Origin: Planctomycetota bacterium
GTDB lineage: Bacteria; Planctomycetota; UBA1135; UBA2386
DNA: 64,000 bases
NCBI GenBank assembly: GCA_046290465.1
Contig: JBKAGP010000001.1
Location: 6,112,001-6,176,000 of the forward strand
Direction of reading: 5' to 3'
How positions within the stretch are numbered: the stretch's first letter is position 1; each line of letters starts with the position of its first letter. The position numbers and the translations under genes were made by a program. The notes under the pieces are model-generated. The model was given only the letters and a program-made list of their open reading frames with translations, was not told the DNA's origin and made no database searches. Below are positions 38,068 to 46,964 of the stretch, in pieces.

Positions 38068-39932
38068 CGTTGCGGCTCCTCGGTCATGGTCTGGGAGGTG
38101 CTGGTGATGGGCAGTACCAGGTCGAACGCGCAGCCGTCGCCGTCGTCGGGCGCGTTGCAGGTCAGCGTGCCGCCGTGGTGGCTGACGATCGCGCGCGACA
38201 GGAACAGGCCGAGGCCGACGCCGGCGATCGCGCCGCTCTGGTGCGCCGTGCCGCGGCGGAATCGCTCGAAGATCCGTTCGCGCTCGGGGCCGGGCACGCC
38301 CGGGCCGTGGTCGCGCACGCGCACCGTGAAGCGGCCGTCGCCGCCGAACGTGTGCACGTCGACGCGGCGACCGCCGCTCGCGTACTTGCGCGCGTTCTCG
38401 AGCAGGTTGAGCAGTGTCTGGGTGATCGCGCCGCGGTCGAGCCGCGCCGGCGCCGCCGCCGCGCCCTCGTGCAGCGTGACCGTCAGGCCGTGCCGTTCGC
38501 CGAGCGGCGCGTAGGTGCGCACGGCCTCGCGCACGACGTCGGCGGCGTCGTCGTCGCGCAGGTCGTAGGCGCGCTCGCCGCGCTCGAGCTGGCCGAGGTC
38601 GAGCACGTTGTCGATCAGCGCCGACAGCCGCGCGGTCTCGCCGGCCATCATCGCGAAGTAGTCGCGCTGGCGTTCGGGCCGCACCTCGTCGTCGTGCAGC
38701 ACGTCGGCGATCAGGCGCAACGACGCGACCGGCGTCTTCAGCTCGTGGGTCACGCCGGACAAGAACTCGGTGCGCGCGCGCATCGCCGCGTTCTCGCGCC
38801 GCAGCGCGCGCATCGTCGCCCAGACGCTGCCGCCGAACAGCAGCAGCAGCAGCGCGCCGAGCGACCAGACCGCGGCCGGCCGCGCATACCACGGCAGCGC
38901 CGGCACCGGGGGCGGTGCGATCCAGGCCAGCGGCGACAGCACGGTGGCGGCGGCGGCGCTCGGCTCGAAGCGCAGCGCGCCGCGCGCCGGCACCGGCGGC
39001 AGTTCGAGCGGGTTGGGCGTGCGCGTGCCGAGGCCGTGCAGCTGCTGCAGGAACGCGCGCGGCAGCAGCGCCCCGCGGCCCGCGCCGTCGCCGCCCGGAA
39101 ACCACAGCGCGACCTGGCCGTCGAACGCCTGCGCGTGCCGCAGGCCGTCCGGTTCGCGCAGCAGGCGGTTGGCGCGCCGCAGCAGCGCGCGTCGCTCGGT
39201 GCGCGCGGCGTGGTCCGTCTCGATCGCGGCGACGTCGTGGCCGTGCTCGTGCAGGCGACGCAGCGTCGTCGTCGCGACCCGGCGCGGCAGCGCAGCCAGC
39301 TGCCCGGCCCGTTCGGCGAGCGCGAACCGGCCGCGCTCGGCCTGCAGCAGGCACAGCGCCGCGAACGCGTCGGCGACGTCGCGTTCGCCGAACGCCGCCG
39401 GCGGCAGCTTCGCGAGGTATCGCTGCAGGTCCGCCAGCAGCGCCTCGCAGCGCGCGTCGTCCCCGCGGCGGTGCGCCTGCCAGGCGGCGGCGCCGAGCAC
39501 CGGCCAGCTGCGGCGGGCGCCGCCGTCGAGGCGCCGCAGCACCGCGTCCATGCGCTGCGCGGCGGCGATCTGCTCGCCGTCGTTGAACTCGAGCCGCTGC
39601 ACCTCGACCAGCCGTTCGCGCGTCAGCGAGTCGAGCGGCACGCCGTCGGTCTCGAGCAGCCAGCCGATCCGATCGGCGACCACGACCTCGCCGTCGCGCA
39701 CCTCGAACCGCTGCTCGACCGGGCACAGTTCGAGCACCGCCGGCTGCGCCAGCACCGCACGCATCGCCAGCGCGGTGTCGCGGGCGTCCCGTTCGGCGGC
39801 CCAGACGGCGCGTTCGTGCGCCTCGCTGGTGGCCTGCACCAGGCCCCAGCCGGCGAACGCGACCAGCGCGGTGCCGGACGCGAGCGCGAGCAGCAGCAGC
39901 AGCGGACGGGCGGTGTGGCGGCGGCGGGCGAT
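38064..39932 (-). CDS. Membrane sensor histidine kinase (start uncertain: ATC 39932 or GTG 39839)
   Basis: THELKTP H-box, NLLENA.KY, VRDHGPG, IFERF.RG, GLGL; in-frame TM helix lies upstream of the first canonical start. Confidence 0.92.
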   Translation of the reverse strand: MARRRHTARPLLLLLALASGTALVAFAGWGLVQATSEAHERAVWAAERDARDTALAMRAVLAQPAVLELCPVEQRFEVRDGEVVVADRIGWLLETDGVPLDSLTRERLVEVQRLEFNDGEQIAAAQRMDAVLRRLDGGARRSWPVLGAAAWQAHRRGDDARCEALLADLQRYLAKLPPAAFGERDVADAFAALCLLQAERGRFALAERAGQLAALPRRVATTTLRRLHEHGHDVAAIETDHAARTERRALLRRANRLLREPDGLRHAQAFDGQVALWFPGGDGAGRGALLPRAFLQQLHGLGTRTPNPLELPPVPARGALRFEPSAAAATVLSPLAWIAPPPVPALPWYARPAAVWSLGALLLLLFGGSVWATMRALRRENAAMRARTEFLSGVTHELKTPVASLRLIADVLHDDEVRPERQRDYFAMMAGETARLSALIDNVLDLGQLERGERAYDLRDDDAADVVREAVRTYAPLGERHGLTVTLHEGAAAAPARLDRGAITQTLLNLLENARKYASGGRRVDVHTFGGDGRFTVRVRDHGPGVPGPERERIFERFRRGTAHQSGAIAGVGLGLFLSRAIVSHHGGTLTCNAPDDGDGCAFDLVLPITSTSQTMTEEPQR

Positions 39933-39982
39933 GGCAGCACGCTAACGGGCCCGGTCGCGGAGTTGTCAACGAGATGTCGCGG

Positions 39983-40372
39983 TCAGCGCAGCAGCACGTC
40001 GTAGACCTGCAGCCGCGCCACGTGCGGGCCCAGCAGTTCGTCGACGGCCTGCCGGTGCAGCGGATGGTCGGCGTAGGCCTCCAGCGCCGGCAGGTCTTCG
40101 AAGTTCATCACGAACGCGGCGTGGTAGTCGTTGTCGATCGCGGGGTGGTCGAGCAGCGGCTGGCCGAACGAGACCCGGGTCAGCCCGGGGATCCGGCCGA
40201 CGAAGCCGCGGCCGGTGCGCTCGATCCGTTCGAGCACGTCGCGGTCGTCCGGGTCCTTCAGCCACATCAACACGACGTGGTCGACCTGGCCGGCCTCGGA
40301 GTCGGTGGTCTGGCAGCCCGTCAGCAGCGTCGCAGCCAGCATCACGGCCAGCATCACATTACGGCAGCGCAT
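39983..40372 (-). CDS. Dabb (stress-responsive A/B barrel) family lipoprotein
   Basis: Lipobox LTGC; HVVL.WLK...IPG.......F.D...L.AY..HP.H; TGATG coupling to the upstream gene. Confidence 0.85.
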   Translation of the reverse strand: MRCRNVMLAVMLAATLLTGCQTTDSEAGQVDHVVLMWLKDPDDRDVLERIERTGRGFVGRIPGLTRVSFGQPLLDHPAIDNDYHAAFVMNFEDLPALEAYADHPLHRQAVDELLGPHVARLQVYDVLLR

Positions 40373-42471
40373 CACGGCAGCGTCTCCCACAAGAACGTCC
40401 ACGAGAGCGCCGCCATGAACGCGGCCTGCTTGTTGTCGGCGGCGCCGCCGTGGCCGCCCTCGATGTTCTCGTAGTAGAGCACGTCGTGGCCCTGCGCCAT
40501 CATGCGCGCCATCATCTTGCGCGCGTGGCCGGGGTGCACGCGGTCGTCGCGCGTCGACGTCGTGAACAGCACCTTCGGGTACTTCGTGTCCTTGTCGACG
40601 TTGTGGTACGGCGAGTAGCGCCGCAGCCACTCGGCCTCTTCGGGCACGTCGGGATCGCCGTACTCGCCCATCCACGAGGCCCCGGCGAGCAGCTTGTGGT
40701 AGCGCAGCATGTCGAGCAACGGCACCTGGCAGACGACCGACCGGAACAGGTCGGGGTACATCACGGTCATGTTGCCCATCAACAGCCCGCCGTTGCTGCC
40801 GCCCTGGATGCCGAGGTGGCGCGGCGACGTGATCTGCGCGTCGATCAGGTCCTCTGCGACCGCGGCGAAGTCCTGGTAGCACTTGTCGCGGTTGGCCTTC
40901 AAAGCCGCCTGGTGCCAGCGCGGGCCGAACTCGCCGCCGCCGCGGATGTTGGCGACCGCGTAGACGCCGCCGCGTTCGAGCCAGCTGGCGCCGACCGTCG
41001 CGCTGTAGCCCGGCGTCAGCGAGACCTCGAAGCCGCCGTAGCCGTACAGCAGCGTCGGGTTGCTGCCGTCGCGCGCGGCGTCGTCCTTCATCACCAGGAA
41101 GTAGGGCACGCGCGTGCCGTCCTTCGACGTCGCCTCGCGCTGCTCGACGACCAGGCCCGCGGTGTCGAAGAACGCCGGCAGGCTCTTCAGCTTCTGCGGA
41201 GCGCCCTTGCCGATCGTGCCGCGCCACAGGCTGGTCGGCGTCAGGTAGTCGGTCACCGTCAGCCAGTAGTCGTCGCCCTGCTCGTCGTCGACCGGCGACG
41301 CCGAGATCGTGCCGAACTCCGGCAGACCCGGCAGCTTCTCGAGCCGCCAGCCGTCGTCGCCGTGGGTGGCCGCGTAGACGACGTTGCGCACGTTGTCGAG
41401 CACGTTGACCAGCAGGTGGTTCCTGGTGCCCGACCAGCCGCTCAAAGAGCTGCGTTCGGTCGGTGCGAACAGCACGTCGAACCGGCGCTTGCCGGCCAGG
41501 AAGTCGTCGAACCGGGTCACCAGCAGCGAGCCGGCCGCGTAGCGTTCGCCGCCGACCTGCCAGTCCTCGCGCAGCTCCAGCAACAGCCACTCGCGGTGCA
41601 CGGACGCGTTGGCGCTGTCCTGCTTGTCGAGCTTGACGATCTGGTCGCCGCTGACGAAGAACATCTCGTTGGTGTAGAACGTGACGCCGCGGTAGAGGAA
41701 GTCGCGTTCGAAGCCGACGGTCGGGTCGCGGTAGGCGTAGAAGAACACGTCGCTGGCCTCGCCCTGCTCGAGCGTGACGGCGTCCGCGATCGGCGTGCCG
41801 CGCTTCCAGACCTTGGCGACGCGCGGGTAGCCGGACTCGGTCATCGAGCCCTCGCCGAAGTCGGTGCCGACGTAGAGCGTGTCGCGGTCCTTCCAGGCGA
41901 CCTGCGTCTTGGCCTCCGGCAGTTCGAAGCCGCCGGCGACGAACTGCTTCTTCACCGGGTCGAACTCGCGCACGACGGTCGCGTCGGCGCCGCCGCGCGA
42001 CAGGCTCAACAGGCACCGCGAGCGATCCGGCAGCAGCCAGCTCGAGCCCTTCCAGACCCAGTTCTCACCCTCCTCCTTGCCGAGCGCGTCGAGGTCGAGC
42101 ACGACCTCCCATTCGGGTTCGTCCTGCTGGTACGACTCCCAGCTGGTCCGCCGCCACAGGCCGCGCGGGTTGTTCGCGTCCTGCCAGAGGTTGTAGTAGT
42201 GCTCCCCGCGCTTGGCGACGTAGGCGATGCGATCGTCGGAGTCGAGGATCGACAGAATGCGCTGCTGCAGTTCGCCGAAGCGCTTGCCGCCGGTCAGGGC
42301 CTGCTGGCTCTCCTTGTTGCGCGCGCGCACCCAGTCGAGCGGCTCGTCGCCGCCGACGTCTTCCAGCCAGAGAAACGGATCGTTCGCAGCTTCGTTCGGC
42401 ATCGGGTCCTGTGCAGTCGTGGCCAGCGTCGTGCAGACAATGGCGGCCAGCGTCGGTAGTCGGTGGTTCAT
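40372..42471 (-). CDS. Secreted prolyl oligopeptidase (S9A)
   Basis: DP..WLED, SKDGT.VPY, YGYGGF, N.RGGGEFG..WH, GGSNGG (Ser), DDRVHP (Asp), GGHG (His). Confidence 0.96.
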   Translation of the reverse strand: MNHRLPTLAAIVCTTLATTAQDPMPNEAANDPFLWLEDVGGDEPLDWVRARNKESQQALTGGKRFGELQQRILSILDSDDRIAYVAKRGEHYYNLWQDANNPRGLWRRTSWESYQQDEPEWEVVLDLDALGKEEGENWVWKGSSWLLPDRSRCLLSLSRGGADATVVREFDPVKKQFVAGGFELPEAKTQVAWKDRDTLYVGTDFGEGSMTESGYPRVAKVWKRGTPIADAVTLEQGEASDVFFYAYRDPTVGFERDFLYRGVTFYTNEMFFVSGDQIVKLDKQDSANASVHREWLLLELREDWQVGGERYAAGSLLVTRFDDFLAGKRRFDVLFAPTERSSLSGWSGTRNHLLVNVLDNVRNVVYAATHGDDGWRLEKLPGLPEFGTISASPVDDEQGDDYWLTVTDYLTPTSLWRGTIGKGAPQKLKSLPAFFDTAGLVVEQREATSKDGTRVPYFLVMKDDAARDGSNPTLLYGYGGFEVSLTPGYSATVGASWLERGGVYAVANIRGGGEFGPRWHQAALKANRDKCYQDFAAVAEDLIDAQITSPRHLGIQGGSNGGLLMGNMTVMYPDLFRSVVCQVPLLDMLRYHKLLAGASWMGEYGDPDVPEEAEWLRRYSPYHNVDKDTKYPKVLFTTSTRDDRVHPGHARKMMARMMAQGHDVLYYENIEGGHGGAADNKQAAFMAALSWTFLWETLP

Positions 42472-42639
42472 CGGTGGGCGTGAGCCTCGGGTGCAGGATG
42501 CGCCTGCACAGGTCTCTGCGACCTGCGGGCGGAGTCCAGGTTTACCGGCTGCGCGGCGCGTTCGCGCCAGAAGGCGCAAAAGCCCGGGCGGATGCCGCGC
42601 CGCGCGCAACCCGATCACAGCACGGCTGCACCGCTCCGA

Positions 42640-45192
42640 TCAGAACATCCCGATCGTGTGCTGCAGGCGGTTGCCGGCGCTGAGTCCGGTCAGCGCGCCC
42701 GCGGTCAGCTCGACGCCGACGACCTGCTGGTAGAGCGCCGAGCCGAGCAGCGCGGCGCTCGCCGGGATCGGCAGCGACAGCTGCGCGCGGCCCTGGCTGT
42801 GCCCCGCGACCTGCACGAAGTCGGGCGTCACCCACAGCGTGCACGCCGACAGCGGCAGCGGCTGCACGGTCGGCGACAGGCCGAGCACGTCGAGCGCGAG
42901 GCCGCCGGTCGGCAGCCCCTCGGCGACGCTGCGCAGCTCGCCGCCGAGGAACGCGCCCTGCTCGGCGCGCAGCACGTTCGGGCCGCCGCTGCCGACGCAG
43001 TTGGGGCCGAAGCTCTGGCCGGTCGCCGGGCAGTCCGTCCGCACGCGCGTGAAGTGGACGGCGACGAGGCCGTCGTGCTCGACGAAGCGGCCGGCGACGT
43101 GGAGTTCGCCGCGGCGCGTGAACTGCAGGTCGAGCACGGTGCCCGGGGTGCCGTCGGCCGCGCCGACCCCGCCGGCGAGCTGGCTCCAGCCGGTGCCGTC
43201 GAAGCGCGCCAGGCTGCGCGCCGCGACGCCGCCGATCGCGTCGAACTCGCCGCCGACGACCAGGTCGCCGTCCGGCAGCACCGCGATCGTGTGTAGCACG
43301 CCGGCCGTCGGCGCCGGCAGCGATTGCCAGCTGCTGCCGTCGAAGCTGGCGACGAACGGCTGGGCGGTGGTCGTGCCGCAGACGAACAGCACGCCGTCGC
43401 GCCGCACCACGCAGTCGCTGACGACGTGGCCCGTGCCCGCGACCGCGCTGGTCAGCCCGGCGCCGAGCGGCAGCCACGCCTGGCCGTTCCAGCGCATCAC
43501 GCCCGGCTGGCCGCCGCCCGGGATCGACTGCAGCGCGCCGCCGGCGACGAGGTCGCCGCCGGGCAATTCGGCGAGCGTTGCGAACTGTCCGGACAGGCCG
43601 CTCTGCTGCGTGCTGAGCAACGTCCAGCCGGTGGGGCCGTGGCGGAACAGGCCGTTGCCGCCGGCATACACGGTGCCGTCCTCGAGCTCCACCACGCAGC
43701 TCGCGCCGCCGAGGAACGGGGTGTTGCCGAAGCCCGACCAGGTCGCGCCGTCGAAGCGCATGACGTCACCGTTCGGGCCGACGACGAACGAGCCGGCGAT
43801 CAGCACCGAGCCGTCGGCGGCGGGCTCGATCGCGCGCACCTCGGGCAAGAACGGCGCGCCCTGCAGCACCGGCCCGTTGGCCGTCGACTGCGGCAGCCAG
43901 GTGCCGCCGACGCCGCGCACCAACCCCGGCGAGTAGTTGCGTTCGACCCGGTAGAACGAGCCGCCGAGCAGCAGGTCGCCGTTGGGCAGCGCGGTCGAAG
44001 CCTGCACCGGCGCGTCGATGCCGCCGCCCATCGGGTCCGCCTGCCAGCTGCCGACCACCGCGACGCCGTTGCACGGCTCCCCGCTGACGGCCTCGAACGG
44101 GCCGGCGAGCGCGAACGCCGTCGGCGTGTTCTGGCCCGGGCGCGGGTCGATCGACAGCGACAGGCGTGACGGCGTGAACGTCGCCGCGGTCGCCAGCGGG
44201 GCATAGAGCGCCGTCCAGCCGGCCAGCGGCTCCCACAGCGCCACGCCGGCCTGCTGGCCGAACGCGTCGAAGTCGCCCACGGCCATCAGGGCCTCGCCCT
44301 GGAAGCCCGTGGTGATGCCGAGCGCGCCGATCCACGGCCCCGCGGGGAACGAGTTGCTCGGCCCCAGTCCTGGCAGGTCGCTCCAGGTGCTGCCGTCCCA
44401 TCGGCGCACGGCCGGCAGCGTGGGGGCGGCGGCGAACACGTCGCCGCCCGACATCACCGCGATCGACGCGACCGGCTGCGCGACGCCGGCACCGAGCGCC
44501 GACCAGCCGGAGCTGCTCCAGCGCGCGAGGTTCTGTGCCGGGGTCGAGCCGGCGGTCGCGAACGCGCCGCCGGCCAGCAGGTCGCCGTTGGCGTCGATGC
44601 AGATGGACTGCACCAACGGGTCCGGGCCACCGGCCACGCCGCCGCCCAGTCCGACCCACTGCGAGCCGTTCCAGCGGGCGAGGCGCGCGGTCGGCTGTCC
44701 GGCACAGGCCGTGAAGCGTCCGCCGGCGACCGGGTCGCCGTTGGCGAGGGTGCCGACGACGAGCGGTTCGGCGTCGAAGTCGCCGCCGAGCACCGTCCAC
44801 ACGCTGCCGTTCCAGCGCGCGACCCGATGCACGGCCGCTGCACCTTGCCCGAGCGAGCCCGCGACCAGCAGCGTGTTGTTGCCATCGACGGCGGCCGCGC
44901 GCACATGGTCGAACGGGCCTGCGGGCAGGGTCGTCCAGCTCCGGGTGGCTGGGTCGTACAGCGCCGCGCCGGCGCACGGGGTCGCCTCGACGTATGCGAA
45001 CGCGCCGCCGACGAAGACGAGCATCGGAGCCGGCCCGGCGCCATCGGAGTCCCAGTAGCGCACGACGTCCGGACGTGCGGACGGGCCGCGGTGGGCGAAC
45101 GCGGGCGTCGCGACCAGCCCGCACTGGGCGGACACGAGTGCGGTGGACAGCGACAGGCCGATGGCCGCGAGGATCGGATGGGTGGGGTTCAT
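42640..45192 (-). CDS. Secreted multi-blade beta-propeller protein with lineage-type C-terminal domain
   Basis: Signal peptide; ~14 repeats of G.L.AGG.F...G......ARW.G..W..LG.G; C-terminal FG..C...LPIP....L.G..LYQQ domain. Confidence 0.88.
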   Translation of the reverse strand: MNPTHPILAAIGLSLSTALVSAQCGLVATPAFAHRGPSARPDVVRYWDSDGAGPAPMLVFVGGAFAYVEATPCAGAALYDPATRSWTTLPAGPFDHVRAAAVDGNNTLLVAGSLGQGAAAVHRVARWNGSVWTVLGGDFDAEPLVVGTLANGDPVAGGRFTACAGQPTARLARWNGSQWVGLGGGVAGGPDPLVQSICIDANGDLLAGGAFATAGSTPAQNLARWSSSGWSALGAGVAQPVASIAVMSGGDVFAAAPTLPAVRRWDGSTWSDLPGLGPSNSFPAGPWIGALGITTGFQGEALMAVGDFDAFGQQAGVALWEPLAGWTALYAPLATAATFTPSRLSLSIDPRPGQNTPTAFALAGPFEAVSGEPCNGVAVVGSWQADPMGGGIDAPVQASTALPNGDLLLGGSFYRVERNYSPGLVRGVGGTWLPQSTANGPVLQGAPFLPEVRAIEPAADGSVLIAGSFVVGPNGDVMRFDGATWSGFGNTPFLGGASCVVELEDGTVYAGGNGLFRHGPTGWTLLSTQQSGLSGQFATLAELPGGDLVAGGALQSIPGGGQPGVMRWNGQAWLPLGAGLTSAVAGTGHVVSDCVVRRDGVLFVCGTTTAQPFVASFDGSSWQSLPAPTAGVLHTIAVLPDGDLVVGGEFDAIGGVAARSLARFDGTGWSQLAGGVGAADGTPGTVLDLQFTRRGELHVAGRFVEHDGLVAVHFTRVRTDCPATGQSFGPNCVGSGGPNVLRAEQGAFLGGELRSVAEGLPTGGLALDVLGLSPTVQPLPLSACTLWVTPDFVQVAGHSQGRAQLSLPIPASAALLGSALYQQVVGVELTAGALTGLSAGNRLQHTIGMF

Positions 45193-45378
45193 GGACGACA
45201 TGCGGGGGGCCGCGCGGTGGAGCAAGGAGTGTACCCGGCGCCGAGCGGGCGCCCGCGACGCCTGCCGGTGCGGGATCGCAGGCCCGTGTTTCGGCGGCGA
45301 AACGGCAAGCCCGCGCCTTGGCGCGAACCGGTCGAAGGAATCCCTGTAAGCAGCCTCCCGCTCCAGCATCCGTGGCAC

Positions 45379-46926
45379 ATGCGATCGTCCAGCTTCGTCG
45401 TGGCCGTGCCCCTCTTGCTCCTCGCCGTCCTGCCCGCCCAGGAGGGCTCGCGCGCCGTCGGCTCCGGCCGCGCGTTCACCGAACAGAAGGTGCTGACGCC
45501 CGGCCAGCGCGATCGCTGGGAGGTCGACGTCGCAGCGGACGAGGTGCTGCGGTTCCGGGTGACGGCGCAGCAGTTCGATCCGGTGCTCGAACTGGTCGAC
45601 GCGGCGGGCACGGTGCTGGCGAGCGACGACGGCGTTGGCTCGCAGAGCTACGTGCAGCACCGCGTGCCGCAGGCGGGCAAGGTCGCGTTCGTCGTGCGCG
45701 GCTACCGCGGCGGCGGCGGCGGCCGCTACGACGTCTGGATGGAGCGCTACCGGACCGTCGCCGCGGCCGTCGGTGACGAGGTCGAAGGGCGCATCGGAGA
45801 GCACGGCTGGGCGCACGTCCGGCTGCAGCTCGAGCAGGGCGCGCGGTTCTTGCCGCTCGTCGACGGCGCGCGGCTGACCTACGTGATGGAGTTCGGTCCG
45901 GACCGCCAGCTGCACGCGCGCTTGAACACCTACACAGCGCTCGCCGCCGGCGAACACCATCTGCGCGTCGAGGGCCGCGCCGGCGACGCGTTCTGCCTGC
46001 GGACCCTGCGCCCGACGACGCGCGAACCCGAGGTCGGCGAACGGCTCGACGTCACCCTCGCGCCGGGGGGGATGGACGTGCTGCGGATCCGGCTGCCGCC
46101 CGACCGCGCCTGCATGCTCGATCTGGCGATGCCCGGCGTGCAGCTGCAGCAGCACCTGCAGCTGGTCGACCTGCGGCGGCCGTACTGCCAGCTCGGCACC
46201 GCGATCAAGGGCGGCCGGGTGCGGCGGCTGTTCTGGGCGCAGCAGGGCGCCGACCTGGAGCTGTGGCTGCACCATGCCGGCGGCGGCGAGGCTGGCTACA
46301 CGTTCTGTCTGCGCGACGCCGATCGGCCGGCGCCGGACGACCAGCAGGCGCAGCTCGCGCTCGGCGACCTGCAGTGCCACACGATCCCGGCGCGGACCGG
46401 CGACATCGTGTCGCTGGTGGCGCGCTCGGAGCGGTTCGATCCGAGCATGGTGGTGATCGATCCGCATGGCCACGAGGTGTGCCACGTGCACGATCGCGGC
46501 GCACTCGACCGGGCCGCGAGCGCGACGTTCGACGCGCGCCACGACGGCTCCTACCGCGTGCTCGTCTACGCGCCGGCCCACGCGGGCTCAGGTGGCTACG
46601 ACCTCGACGTGACCCGCCACGAAGTGCCCGAAATCGCGTTCGGCCGGTCGCTGCAGCTCGCCTGCGATCCGACCGCGAACGCGCACGCGCAGCTGCGGCT
46701 GCCGGCGGGCCAGGAGGTCTGGTTGTCGGTCAAGGGGGCCGGCGTCGATCCCGCGCTGACCGTCGTCGACGACCGCGGCCACACGCTCGGCTGCTGGGAG
46801 GGCGGCGGCGTGCGCGGCGACGTGCTGCAGGCGCTGCGGCTGGACCGGACCTCGCGGCTGACGCTGTTCGTGCACGCGCGTTCGGGCCAGGGGGTCTGCA
46901 CGGTTCGCGCGATCGCGGTCGAATGA
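45379..46926 (+). CDS. Secreted protein of tandem PPC (pre-peptidase C-terminal)-like beta-sandwich domains
   Basis: Signal peptide; repeated FDP.L...D..G......DD.G...G.Y...V......G.G.Y.L modules. Confidence 0.75.
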   Translation: MRSSSFVVAVPLLLLAVLPAQEGSRAVGSGRAFTEQKVLTPGQRDRWEVDVAADEVLRFRVTAQQFDPVLELVDAAGTVLASDDGVGSQSYVQHRVPQAGKVAFVVRGYRGGGGGRYDVWMERYRTVAAAVGDEVEGRIGEHGWAHVRLQLEQGARFLPLVDGARLTYVMEFGPDRQLHARLNTYTALAAGEHHLRVEGRAGDAFCLRTLRPTTREPEVGERLDVTLAPGGMDVLRIRLPPDRACMLDLAMPGVQLQQHLQLVDLRRPYCQLGTAIKGGRVRRLFWAQQGADLELWLHHAGGGEAGYTFCLRDADRPAPDDQQAQLALGDLQCHTIPARTGDIVSLVARSERFDPSMVVIDPHGHEVCHVHDRGALDRAASATFDARHDGSYRVLVYAPAHAGSGGYDLDVTRHEVPEIAFGRSLQLACDPTANAHAQLRLPAGQEVWLSVKGAGVDPALTVVDDRGHTLGCWEGGGVRGDVLQALRLDRTSRLTLFVHARSGQGVCTVRAIAVE

Positions 46927-46964
46927 CGGGCGCCGCCGTGCTAAGGTGCGCACGGCGGTCAGGC

